IMG/VR virus record: IMGVR_UViG_3300032270_000270
Span: 1-64,000 of that record
Direction: 5' to 3' (one strand)
Source of the DNA: a virus
Taxonomy: Duplodnaviria > Heunggongvirae > Uroviricota > Caudoviricetes
DNA: 64,000 bases
Positions 28,361 to 37,785 of this stretch are shown here, in pieces. Position numbers and translations under genes: made by a program. A model generated the notes under the pieces. The model searched no databases and was not told the origin of the DNA. It worked only from the letters and a program-made list of their open reading frames with translations. Within the stretch, counting starts at the first letter, position 1; each line of letters begins with the position of its first letter.

Positions 28361-28918
28361 ATGGGAGCATGTCAATTTAAAACAAGAAGCACTGGTAAAA
28401 CAGCAGATGAAGCATATAGAAACGCTTGTGATGATGCAGAAGAAGAATATGGTCATCAAGATGGATACAATGGTACAATTAGTACTACACATGGATTTAG
28501 AGATGAAACAGAAGCATATGGTAAAAGTAAGTTTAATGATGTATCTGCTTACATACATGATAGATTTGATAGTCATGCTATGAACAAACGTGATTGTTCA
28601 GCTATATGTGTTGTAAAACCTGTAGGTAATAAGAACAAGACTCAGTCTCAAGTTGAGCATGTAGTTACACCAGGTACGAAGAAGTGGGTACTTAAATATG
28701 TTGTTCAACGTGGTGATCATGTTATTGGTTCATGGAATACAAAAGGTGATGCTGTAAAAGACGCTCGTAAATATACAGAAAAGCATCAAGTAACTACATC
28801 AATATTAATGAAAAAGTTCTTAGAGAAAGGTGATAACTTAGTGGCTAAGATAACATATAAAAAAGCTACTAACGAAAGAGATGGTGAGTGGATATTCTTT
28901 GGTTATGCAGCAGAATAA
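28361..28918 (+). CDS. hypothetical protein (185 aa)
   Basis: No motif recognised. Confidence 0.4.
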   Translation: MGACQFKTRSTGKTADEAYRNACDDAEEEYGHQDGYNGTISTTHGFRDETEAYGKSKFNDVSAYIHDRFDSHAMNKRDCSAICVVKPVGNKNKTQSQVEHVVTPGTKKWVLKYVVQRGDHVIGSWNTKGDAVKDARKYTEKHQVTTSILMKKFLEKGDNLVAKITYKKATNERDGEWIFFGYAAE

Positions 28919-29172
28919 AACAATATTATATGAAAACAATAATTGAAGAATTAATTGAAGAGCTTAAAGCTAACGATGTTGCTCATGGTATGTATTGGAT
29001 AAAACAACCTGATGTATTTTTTGAGAAATACCTTGAAAAAGAAAAAGAGCAGATAATAGAATTTTGTTGGGAATGTTTAAAAGGTGATAATATTCACACT
29101 ATAACAAGTAATAAAGAACTTATAGAGTATATTAATGATAAATACAACCAAACCTATAACCAAAACAAATAA
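28888..29172 (+). CDS. hypothetical protein; the real start is probably the internal ATG near 28930 (MKTIIEELIEEL...)
   Basis: Ends ...NQTYNQNK followed by the junction motif. Confidence 0.35.
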   Translation: MDILWLCSRIKQYYMKTIIEELIEELKANDVAHGMYWIKQPDVFFEKYLEKEKEQIIEFCWECLKGDNIHTITSNKELIEYINDKYNQTYNQNK

Positions 29173-29175
29173 CCT

Positions 29176-29862
29176 ATGAATATATTACACATCAGTGATA
29201 CCCATTGTATGCATGATTTATTTCCTAAAGAAAGATTTGAAGGAATAGATATGGTGATACATAGTGGTGATTGCTCTAATAGTCCATTCTTAGAATCTTC
29301 TAAAAGAGAGATAACAGAGTTTTTAGAATGGTATGAAAAGGTGCCTGTCAAGTATAAGATATTTGTAGCAGGTAACCATGATACAGCTATTGATAGAAAA
29401 CAAATAGAATATTCTGATATGATATTAAAAGATATCATCTACTTAGAGAATGAATCTATTGAGATAGAAGGTCTGAAGATATGGGGAAGCCCTATCACAC
29501 CAACGTTTGGTGAATGGTCTTTTATGAAGGCTAGAGACAAAACACATTTTGTATGGGATACTATTCCAGATGATACAGATATATTAGTTGTACATGGACC
29601 ACCTAAAGGTGTACGTGATCTTACATACAATAGAGAAAACAAACTTGAAATGTGTGGTGATAAAGCTCTTGCAACAGCTGTGATGAGAGTGAAACCAAAG
29701 CTAGTGCTATTTGGACACATACATAACTTTAAGGATATTGAAAATCAGGGAGTTAGCACTTACCATAGGCTACCAAACACAAAGTTTTCTAATGCATCAT
29801 GCGTAGAAGATGGAAAGTTTGCTTATGGATTAACATCATTTGGTAACATATTTAAATTATAA
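29176..29862 (+). CDS. calcineurin-like metallophosphoesterase
   Basis: Motifs ISDTH, HSGD, GNHD, VVHGPP and GHIH in canonical order. Confidence 0.7.
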   Translation: MNILHISDTHCMHDLFPKERFEGIDMVIHSGDCSNSPFLESSKREITEFLEWYEKVPVKYKIFVAGNHDTAIDRKQIEYSDMILKDIIYLENESIEIEGLKIWGSPITPTFGEWSFMKARDKTHFVWDTIPDDTDILVVHGPPKGVRDLTYNRENKLEMCGDKALATAVMRVKPKLVLFGHIHNFKDIENQGVSTYHRLPNTKFSNASCVEDGKFAYGLTSFGNIFKL

Positions 29863-29865
29863 ACT

Positions 29866-30090
29866 ATGGATATTTCAGCTTGTAATGGTGGTAGTTGTCT
29901 ATTAAGATTAAACTGCCACAGATACACTTGTAAAAAAGAAGAACTAGGACAATCCTATTTTAGTGACCCTCCATATAAATTAGACTTTATGTTTGATGAA
30001 AATAATAATGGTCTTGGTGTTGCAACATTAAGTTGTTCTTATTTTTGGAACAATAAAGAATATAAAGATGAAAAACCTAAAAATAATTGA
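29866..30090 (+). CDS. hypothetical protein (74 aa)
   Basis: ORF only. Confidence 0.3.
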   Translation: MDISACNGGSCLLRLNCHRYTCKKEELGQSYFSDPPYKLDFMFDENNNGLGVATLSCSYFWNNKEYKDEKPKNN

Positions 30091-30268
30091 GGATTGGGAG
30101 AGAGAATATCTCAAGGATTTCATATATTTGCATGAACAGGGACAGGAGTGGAACGAAGCAATTCAGAGAGAATTAAATCAGAAACAGCCTGCTCGTATTG
30201 AAGTAATAGACACAGACAAAATCCTAGAGAAACATAATGAACCTCACGCTAACATTCTCCCATTTTAA
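30068..30268 (+). CDS. hypothetical protein (66 aa)
   Basis: ORF only. Confidence 0.3.
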   Translation: MKNLKIIEDWEREYLKDFIYLHEQGQEWNEAIQRELNQKQPARIEVIDTDKILEKHNEPHANILPF

Positions 30269-30866
30269 GGAGCTGACTAAAGCTGGCTACAGCTTAGACA
30301 TGTTATGCTTCATAACACTTGTTCAAGAAGGCAATGATGTAGACGAAATGTGTACAGATGATAGTAAGATGAAAATGCTCTATCAAACTGTACGCAGAAA
30401 AGGTCTATTGTCAGAGTCAAATAAGATTACCATTATAGGTAATGAAGTTTTGTCTTTTCTTAATGAGAAAATAGAAGAGCCTACACTAACATATAGGAAG
30501 AAGAAAACAGATTCTGACTTTGATAAGTGGTGGATGACGTACCCAGGTACTGACACCTTCACATATAAGAGTCAATCATTTACAGGTACACGTGGTATGC
30601 GTGTAAAGAAAGAGGATTGTAAAGTCAAATTCAACAGCATTGTTGAAGAAGGCGAGTACAAACCTACAGAGCTCATAGCTGCATTAGAATACGAAATACT
30701 GCAGAAGAAAGAGAATTCAATTAAGACAAAAGTCAATAGACTTACATTTATGCAGAACAGTCTCACCTATCTCAACCAGAGGTCATTTGAACCATTCATT
30801 GAGTTGATAAGAGAGGGTAAGACTATCAAAGAATCTGCTGAACCAATTAAAGGTATGGATATATGA
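30237..30866 (+). CDS. hypothetical protein (209 aa)
   Basis: Lies upstream of the helicase; no motif. Confidence 0.4.
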   Translation: MNLTLTFSHFKELTKAGYSLDMLCFITLVQEGNDVDEMCTDDSKMKMLYQTVRRKGLLSESNKITIIGNEVLSFLNEKIEEPTLTYRKKKTDSDFDKWWMTYPGTDTFTYKSQSFTGTRGMRVKKEDCKVKFNSIVEEGEYKPTELIAALEYEILQKKENSIKTKVNRLTFMQNSLTYLNQRSFEPFIELIREGKTIKESAEPIKGMDI

Positions 30867-31129
30867 CACCAAAAGAAAAAGCAGAAGAATTAGTACATAA
30901 ATTTTATGACTACGCAGATTCAAATTATGGAACAAATAGGTTTGAGCAAAATTGGTATGGTAATGTTTTAGCAGGAGAAAGAAAAGTGAGAAAAAAATCT
31001 GCTAAACAATGTGCATTAATAGCAGTAGATGAAATATTAAAAGCAGTTGATAATCCAGATGAAACTTATTTGATGAAACATTCAGTTAATTATTGGAAAG
31101 AAGTTAAACAAGAAATAGAAAAGCTATGA
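30863..31129 (+). CDS. hypothetical protein (88 aa)
   Basis: Overlapping start and stop with its neighbours. Confidence 0.4.
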   Translation: MTPKEKAEELVHKFYDYADSNYGTNRFEQNWYGNVLAGERKVRKKSAKQCALIAVDEILKAVDNPDETYLMKHSVNYWKEVKQEIEKL

Positions 31130-32187
31130 GTTTTGAAGATTTAAAACGAGAAGTTCAAGCAGGTCTAGATGGTAGAAACAATGGTATACCTATGGGCTTT
31201 GAAAGATTGAACAGATATATTGGCATCAGAAAGTCTATGTACACACTGATAGGTGGCCTCACTGGATCAGGTAAAACAAGCTTCTTAGATGACGCATATG
31301 TTTTAAATCCATTTGATTGGTTTATCAGTCAGAAGACTCCAGGTCTTAAGTTAAAGATCATATATAGATCCATGGAGCGTAGCAGAACATACAAATATGC
31401 TAAATGGGTCTCAAGAAAGATATTCCTTGACCAAGGTATAATTATTCCTGTATCCAAGCTATTAGGTTGGACAGATAAGATGACACCTGATGAACATGAT
31501 CTGTTCCTGATGTATGAGGATTATATGGGACAAATGAAAGAAACAATCACTCTTATTGATGGACCAGAGAATCCAGTGGGTATAGCCAAACAGCTAAGAG
31601 ACTATGCATTAGCTAATGGTGTAATAGAAGATGTAGATCAATATAACAAGAAATACATTCCCAATGATGAGAATGAAATAACTATTGTTGTTATTGACCA
31701 CATAGGTCTTTTAAAACCTACAAAAGATTATTCTACTAAGAAACAGTGTATAGACAAGATGTCTGACGATCTGAGATATGCTCGTGACATGTATGGATAT
31801 AGTCCTGTAATTGTTAGTCAGTTTAATAGGGACATTTCTAGTCCAATGAGACTAAAGAATGGTGATGTAGAACCACAGCTAGAAGATTTTGCTGAGAGTT
31901 CACAAACACAGAATGATGCTGATGTTGTCCTAGCATTGTTTGATCCCATGAGATATAAAGTGGCAGACCCTTCAGGGTATGACCTAAACAAACTTAGAGA
32001 TGAGTTTGGTGCAAAGTATTTCAGATCATTGAGACTAATAAAGAATAGTTATGGAGAAGATGATGTGAGAATAGGATTAAGTTTTCTTGGCCAGATTGGT
32101 ATGTTCAAAGAACTACCTAAGGTTAAGTATATGAACGAGAGTATATATAATGATATTATTAATAAAACATTCTTTTTAAATAAATGA
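31126..32187 (+). CDS. DnaB-family (RecA-fold) replicative helicase
   Basis: Walker A LIGGLTGSGKTSF. Walker B VVIDHIGLL. VIVSQFNRDISSP...DFAESSQTQNDADVVLALF matches DnaB-family motifs H3/H4 (SQLNR...ESG.IEQDAD). Confidence 0.75.
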   Translation: MSFEDLKREVQAGLDGRNNGIPMGFERLNRYIGIRKSMYTLIGGLTGSGKTSFLDDAYVLNPFDWFISQKTPGLKLKIIYRSMERSRTYKYAKWVSRKIFLDQGIIIPVSKLLGWTDKMTPDEHDLFLMYEDYMGQMKETITLIDGPENPVGIAKQLRDYALANGVIEDVDQYNKKYIPNDENEITIVVIDHIGLLKPTKDYSTKKQCIDKMSDDLRYARDMYGYSPVIVSQFNRDISSPMRLKNGDVEPQLEDFAESSQTQNDADVVLALFDPMRYKVADPSGYDLNKLRDEFGAKYFRSLRLIKNSYGEDDVRIGLSFLGQIGMFKELPKVKYMNESIYNDIINKTFFLNK

Positions 32188-32358
32188 TAATGAAGTTAAA
32201 TTTTAAAGCATATAATACATTGCCCAATGAAAAGAGTCATTGGTGGCAAGTGGTATTATTTCCAACAGTATCTGTTATGAATAACATACAGAAACATGAT
32301 CCATATGTAGCTCTAAATGTAGAGTATCTATTTTGGTCATTAACAACAATAATAAGCT

Positions 32359-33453
32359 ATGGCAAAAAGCAAGCCCACCCTTACGCTACGAGATAAGAGA
32401 CAAGCAGAGTTTGCTGATGTATGGCTGAACAATGGTAAGTTTGGTATCCTGAACCTATGTCCTAGATTTGGTAAGATCAATGTGTCCATTAATATATTAG
32501 AAAAACTGGACAAAGACATTAATATTCTCATAGCATATCCTGATCTTAAGATTAAGAATGCATGGGAAGAGCATTTCTTGGCTAGAAAGTATAAGAATAG
32601 GAATATGACTTATACCACCCATTTGTCTCTAAAAAAGCATACAGCTGCCTTTTATGACCTTGTTATCTTAGATGAGGTACATTTACTGTCTGAGGCACAA
32701 ATGGAGGCTGTAAAGGAACTACAATGCACAAAGGTGTTAGGTTTAACAGGGACCTTATCATCACATACAGAACAAACATTAGGAACAGAGCTAGGACTAT
32801 CTGTCTTAGCCACCTATTCCATAGATCAGGCTATTCAGGAAGGAGTTGTCTCTGACTATGAAATCACAGTGGTAGGAGTACCATTGGATAATACACAGCA
32901 GAACAACTATAAAGGTAAGTGGAAGACTGAAAAAACTCAGTTTGCTGCATATGGATGGGTGATAGATCAGCTAGAGAAGCAAGGTAAAGCAACCATGTTT
33001 TTACGTCTAGCTAGAATGAGACTCATTCAGAACAGCCTTGCTAAGCTTAATAAGACAAAAGAGCTATTAGTTAAACACAAAGATGAGCGTGTACTAGTAT
33101 TCTGTGGTGTCACAAAGGTAGCAGATGACTTAGGCATTCCTGTCTATCATAGCAAAGCAGGAGACAAGCAAGTGTTTGATGACTTTGCATCTGGTGTTGG
33201 TAACCACCTGGCTGTTGTAAAGATAGGTAATACAGGTGTTACATATAAACCACTCAATAGGGTGATTATTAATTACTTTGATAGTAATGGTGAAAATCTA
33301 GCACAGAAGATTATGCGTTGTACAGCAATGGAATATGATAATAAAGATAAAAAATCTTATATATATATTGTATGTTCAGATGAACTTGTAGAACGTAAGT
33401 GGTTAAATAGTGCTCTTGATATGTTTGACCAGACAAAAATAAAATATATATGA
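32359..33453 (+). CDS. superfamily 2 DEAD/DEAH-box helicase
   Basis: Motif I LCPRFGKI. Motif II ILDEVHLL. Motif III LGLTGTLSS. Motif V VKIGNTGVTY. Motif VI QKIMRCTAM. Confidence 0.6.
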   Translation: MAKSKPTLTLRDKRQAEFADVWLNNGKFGILNLCPRFGKINVSINILEKLDKDINILIAYPDLKIKNAWEEHFLARKYKNRNMTYTTHLSLKKHTAAFYDLVILDEVHLLSEAQMEAVKELQCTKVLGLTGTLSSHTEQTLGTELGLSVLATYSIDQAIQEGVVSDYEITVVGVPLDNTQQNNYKGKWKTEKTQFAAYGWVIDQLEKQGKATMFLRLARMRLIQNSLAKLNKTKELLVKHKDERVLVFCGVTKVADDLGIPVYHSKAGDKQVFDDFASGVGNHLAVVKIGNTGVTYKPLNRVIINYFDSNGENLAQKIMRCTAMEYDNKDKKSYIYIVCSDELVERKWLNSALDMFDQTKIKYI

Positions 33454-34007
33454 TAAGTTGCATCTATACAATAACCAATATTGCTAATAATAAAATCTAT
33501 GTAGGAAAAACTAATAATTTTTATTATAGAATAAGTAAACATAAATACACTTTAAAAAACAATACTCATATAAATGAGCATTTACAACGTGCTTGGAATA
33601 AATATGGGGAAGAAAACTTTGTTTTTGAAATTCTAGAAGAATGTTGTTTAGATCATTTATCTTCACAAGAACATTATTGGTGTAATTTATTAGGTGCATT
33701 TAATTATCAAGTAGGGTATAATATAAGACCTACACATCCATTTAATAAGGGTACAAATAGCCCTGAAATGATTGAAAAAGTAAAAAAAGCTCTCACTGGT
33801 AAAAAGTTATCTGAAGAACATAAACTTAAACTATCATTAGCTAAAAAAGGAAAGCTTTTATCTGCAGAAACTAAAGAAAAGATGTCATTAGCTAGTAAAG
33901 GAAAGAAAAAGTCAGAAGAAACTAAAAAAAGAATAAGTGAAGCAAAATTAGGAAACAAAAACCCAAGATTTGGTAAACCAGCTTGGAATAAAATTAAATA
34001 CATATGA
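33450..34007 (+). CDS. GIY-YIG homing endonuclease with NUMOD3 repeats
   Basis: CIYTITN...KIYVGKT...R...H...EHYW, then EEHKLKLSLAKKGK / ETKEKMSLASKGK / ETKKRISEAKLGN repeats. Confidence 0.7.
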   Translation: MISCIYTITNIANNKIYVGKTNNFYYRISKHKYTLKNNTHINEHLQRAWNKYGEENFVFEILEECCLDHLSSQEHYWCNLLGAFNYQVGYNIRPTHPFNKGTNSPEMIEKVKKALTGKKLSEEHKLKLSLAKKGKLLSAETKEKMSLASKGKKKSEETKKRISEAKLGNKNPRFGKPAWNKIKYI

Positions 34008-34222
34008 GCGACACAGTAAAAATTGAAATGGTTGAACAATTAGAACCATTTAGCGACAGCCCTTGGTTTGGTGTAAGAGTAAATGATAAAACAGTAAAAT
34101 GGTGTAGAGATAAAGAGACTGCACAAGCAATTTATGATGAAATAATTAGTGACCCAAGTGTGTTAAAAACTAAGGAAAATATTTTGTATTCTCAAGATAT
34201 TATTGTACCTTTAGACAAATAA
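34004..34222 (+). CDS. hypothetical protein (72 aa)
   Basis: ORF only. Confidence 0.35.
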   Translation: MSDTVKIEMVEQLEPFSDSPWFGVRVNDKTVKWCRDKETAQAIYDEIISDPSVLKTKENILYSQDIIVPLDK

Positions 34223-34236
34223 AATCAGTAAAAAAC

Positions 34237-34908
34237 ATGGCAAGCAAATTAATTGGAATTGTTGGTGCTACAGGCACTGGCAAGTCAACATCAGTAAAAC
34301 ATTTAGATCCAAAAGAGACTTACATTATCAATGTTGCTAAAAAGGAATTACCTTTTAAAGGAGCAGAGAAGTTGTATAACGCTGAGGCTAAAAACTACAA
34401 AGAAGTGGATGATGCTAACGAGATTACACGTCTATTAAAGACTATCTCTGACAAAGCACCACACATTAAGAACATTATTATTGAAGACTCTAATTACATT
34501 ATGGGTTTCAATATGTTAGCAAGAGCTACAGAAGTAGGATTCACCAAATTTACCATTATGGCTAAAGATATGGTGGAACTATTCAGAGAAGCAAGACGTT
34601 TACGTGATGACTTAAAAGTATTCTATTTCACACACCCAGAGACTATTGAAGACTCAGGTGAGATTATAGGATACAAGATTAAGACAGCAGGTAAGTTAAT
34701 TGATAACCAAATTGTGTTAGAAGGTTTACTTACTATCTGTTTATATACACACGTAGAAGAAAGCAAAGATGGCACAGCCACATATAACTTTGTAACTAAC
34801 AGATTCAAGAAGTATCCAGCAAAGAGTCCTGATGGAATGTTTGCAGATATTAGAATACCTAACAACTTACAACAAGTAGTCAATTCAATTGATGAATATT
34901 ACAATTAA
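34237..34908 (+). CDS. P-loop ATPase, AAA_24/Sak4-like
   Basis: N-terminal IVGATGTGKST Walker A. IIIEDSNY Walker-B-like. About 220 aa, the typical size for this phage family. Confidence 0.5.
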   Translation: MASKLIGIVGATGTGKSTSVKHLDPKETYIINVAKKELPFKGAEKLYNAEAKNYKEVDDANEITRLLKTISDKAPHIKNIIIEDSNYIMGFNMLARATEVGFTKFTIMAKDMVELFREARRLRDDLKVFYFTHPETIEDSGEIIGYKIKTAGKLIDNQIVLEGLLTICLYTHVEESKDGTATYNFVTNRFKKYPAKSPDGMFADIRIPNNLQQVVNSIDEYYN

Positions 34909-34929
34909 TAACAAATAAAATCAGTAAAA

Positions 34930-35805
34930 ATGAGTAACATTGGAGGAGAAAAAAGACAAAGCCCAACATTTGACGACAAAGAATTTGCCAAGAAAGTTGG
35001 CTTATTCGAAGCAAGAGTAATTGCAGTTAACCCTACAACAGAGGAATATGCTGATGTATTGGGAAGACAATTAAAAGAAGATAGCAAAGCTACAGAGTAC
35101 TTAGGTACTAGTAAAGATGGTAATGCTAGATTACGTTTAGACTTCTGGTTAGAGGAAGTTAAATCAAAAGAGAAATTCAAATTAACTTTCTTTATTGAGA
35201 ACAAAGAGAAGGAGAACAAAGATCAAACAAAGAAACAATACATCAACAACATTGGACGTTGTACATGGGCTGACAGTCCAAACAACTTACCAACATGGTT
35301 CCAAGAAAGAGAGAATCGTGTAGCATTTGTAGGTGAGGAAGACCTTTACAATTTCTTACGCTCTTGGTTAAGTAACATTGACTTTAGCAGTAAGAAATCT
35401 ACATTACAAGTGGAGTTCAATAAGTTGATTAAAGGTAATGTTAAAGAACTTAAAGAGCAAATCAATGGTGAGTGGGCTACAAACATTGTAGCATTGGCCA
35501 CTATCAATACAAAAGAAACAGATGATGGTGTAAAGGAGTTTCAGAATATTTATAACAAAGCATTCTTACCTCCATATAGCATCAAAGCTTTCAGACTATT
35601 AGATTACAATGCAGCTGGTACTATCAGTGGCTTACGTCAGAAGGCTTCTAAAGACCTTAAACCTCATGAGCGTTTTGTATTAAACGTAGTGGGTGAGTAT
35701 GGTTGTAAAGATTTCTTTACATTTAAGGAATTGAAAGAGTATAGCTCTGAAGATAATTTGGTAGCATCTGATAAGGTGATTGCTGAAGATGATAGTGATT
35801 TTTAG
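34930..35805 (+). CDS. putative single-stranded DNA-binding protein
   Basis: 291 aa. Acidic C-terminal tail ending DDSDF, as in SSB and T7 gp2.5. Adjacent to the Sak4-like ATPase. The same 20-mer lies upstream of both genes. Confidence 0.4.
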   Translation: MSNIGGEKRQSPTFDDKEFAKKVGLFEARVIAVNPTTEEYADVLGRQLKEDSKATEYLGTSKDGNARLRLDFWLEEVKSKEKFKLTFFIENKEKENKDQTKKQYINNIGRCTWADSPNNLPTWFQERENRVAFVGEEDLYNFLRSWLSNIDFSSKKSTLQVEFNKLIKGNVKELKEQINGEWATNIVALATINTKETDDGVKEFQNIYNKAFLPPYSIKAFRLLDYNAAGTISGLRQKASKDLKPHERFVLNVVGEYGCKDFFTFKELKEYSSEDNLVASDKVIAEDDSDF

Positions 35806-35870
35806 TATATACCCCTCTAAATAAGAAATGGCCTCATCACTATGGTGGGGCCTTTTCATTAACTTAAGTT

Positions 35871-36875
35871 ATGATTACTGGAGAAAGAAAGACAAAGATG
35901 TCTATAGAAGCTATTCTAAGTAGGATATCAGAGTATGATATATTTAGGTATTACATGCCTAATCAAGATTGGAAAATTAACAGAGTGACTTATTCTCCAT
36001 TCAGGCATGAGAACAATCCATCATTTATGATTGGTAACAAGATGGGCTATCTAATGTTTATAGACTATGCTGATACTAGTCTTCGTGGTGATTGTTTTAA
36101 TTTTGTTCAGAAGCTTCATAGCCTTCCTAGCGTCAGTGATACTTTGAAGATGATAGACAGAGACTTTGGTCTAGGTTTCTCTACAGGTGTCATGACAGGA
36201 GAGTACAAGAAGATTATATCTGAATACAAACAGCCTGAAATAGAGAAGAGATATTCCCTGATTCAGGTCAAGACTAGAAAGTTCACTAATAGAGAACTTG
36301 AGTATTGGGCAGAGTATCACCAGGATCTCCAGGACCTCAGAGATAACAATGTGTATTCTATCAAAGAACTATATCTTAATAAGCAAAGGTTCCCATTAGG
36401 AGAAGACGAGCTTAGATTTGGTTACCTTTATGAAGGACAGTATTGGAAGATATATAGGCCATATGCTGATAAGAAGCATAAGTGGATGCCTAATAATGTT
36501 CCTATCACAGCAATGGATGGTAAAGAGAATATAAAAGACTGTAAGACAGCATTCATCAACAAGAGTAAAAAAGACTTTATGGTGATGAAGAAGATATTCC
36601 CATGCAGCTGTGCTGTCCAAAATGAAGGACTAGGATGTTTCTCTCATGACAATGTAGAATATCTAAAAGCAAACTCTGATAGACAAATACTTAGCTTTGA
36701 TGCTGATGATGTAGGTGTACAGAATTCTGTACAGATTACAAAGATGTTTGACTTTGACTATACTAACGTCCCACGTCAGTATCTAGCAGAAGGCATTAAA
36801 GATTGGGCAGATCTTGCAAAGGTCCATGGATTAAAAGTGATTGAAGATTATTTAAAAAGTAAACAAATTTTATGA
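35871..36875 (+). CDS. DnaG-like primase (degenerate zinc ribbon + Toprim)
   Basis: YSPFRHENNPSFMIG resembles the CPFH.EKTPSF zinc-ribbon motif but lacks the first Cys. A GDCFNF stretch follows, and ILSFDADDVG is a Toprim DxD motif. Confidence 0.5.
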   Translation: MITGERKTKMSIEAILSRISEYDIFRYYMPNQDWKINRVTYSPFRHENNPSFMIGNKMGYLMFIDYADTSLRGDCFNFVQKLHSLPSVSDTLKMIDRDFGLGFSTGVMTGEYKKIISEYKQPEIEKRYSLIQVKTRKFTNRELEYWAEYHQDLQDLRDNNVYSIKELYLNKQRFPLGEDELRFGYLYEGQYWKIYRPYADKKHKWMPNNVPITAMDGKENIKDCKTAFINKSKKDFMVMKKIFPCSCAVQNEGLGCFSHDNVEYLKANSDRQILSFDADDVGVQNSVQITKMFDFDYTNVPRQYLAEGIKDWADLAKVHGLKVIEDYLKSKQIL

Positions 36876-37019
36876 CAGTAAAAGATTTAGTAGAAGCTAT
36901 TCAAAGCGAAATAGAATGGTTTGAAACCACTGAAGGAGATGATTTAGAATGCATAGGTATAGAAAACCTAGAAGGCATATTAAGTAAATATTTAGGAACA
37001 CCAATTAAATTAACACAAG

Positions 37020-37784
37020 ATGGAGACATTTAACACCACAAAGGAACTGTTAATGAATACAGCAGTTCCAGTACAAACACGTACATATAAACCAGTTAGC
37101 CATTCTTCATTGATGGATCTTACATTGAACAGCATTGAGAAAGCAGGATTTATCTTAGACAAAGAAACTTATTCTGCAGCTAGAGATGGTAGTGTTGCTA
37201 ATGGTAGATTTTCTATCAGCAACGTAGCAGACAGTGAGATGCAATTACAAATTGGTTGGCAGAATAGCTATGACAGAAGCATGAGCTTGAAGTTTGCTAT
37301 TGGTACAAGGATTATGATATGCTCTAATGGTTGTGTATCAGGAGACTTTGGTGCCTTTAAGAAAAGACACAAAGGTGACATCCAAGACTTCACACCAGGT
37401 GCTATCACTGATTACATCAAAGGTGCAGGTGAAGCATTCACTCTTATGCAACAGCAAAGAGAGTCTATGAAGCAAATAGAAATCACTAAACGTATCAAAG
37501 CTGAGTTAGTTGGTAGAATGATGCTAGAAGAGCAGTTTATTACGTCTACACAGTTAAACATCATCAGTAGAGAGTTAAAAGCCCCTACACATGATTATAA
37601 TGCTAAAGATAGCTTATGGGAGTTATATAACTATACAACATTTGCTATGAAAGAGACACACCCATCTCAATGGATGGAGAGTCATATACAAGCACATGCA
37701 TTCTTCAACAACTATGCATATGATGCTACACCAATGGATTATGAGCAAGGAGAAATAGTACTTAATCAATTATCAATGTTTTAA
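37020..37784 (+). CDS. DUF932-family protein
   Basis: QNSYDRSMSLKFAIGTRIMICSNGCV matches the NS.D.S......G.R..C.NG signature of DUF932. Confidence 0.55.
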   Translation: METFNTTKELLMNTAVPVQTRTYKPVSHSSLMDLTLNSIEKAGFILDKETYSAARDGSVANGRFSISNVADSEMQLQIGWQNSYDRSMSLKFAIGTRIMICSNGCVSGDFGAFKKRHKGDIQDFTPGAITDYIKGAGEAFTLMQQQRESMKQIEITKRIKAELVGRMMLEEQFITSTQLNIISRELKAPTHDYNAKDSLWELYNYTTFAMKETHPSQWMESHIQAHAFFNNYAYDATPMDYEQGEIVLNQLSMF

Positions 37785-37785
37785 T

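Noticed and set aside
35806-35870. Terminator hairpin between the SSB-like gene and the primase-like gene (ggcctcatcactatggtggggcctttt)
   Set aside because: The stem is short and imperfect (GGCC...GGCC with a mismatched interior), so it was not called as a feature, although a T-run is present.
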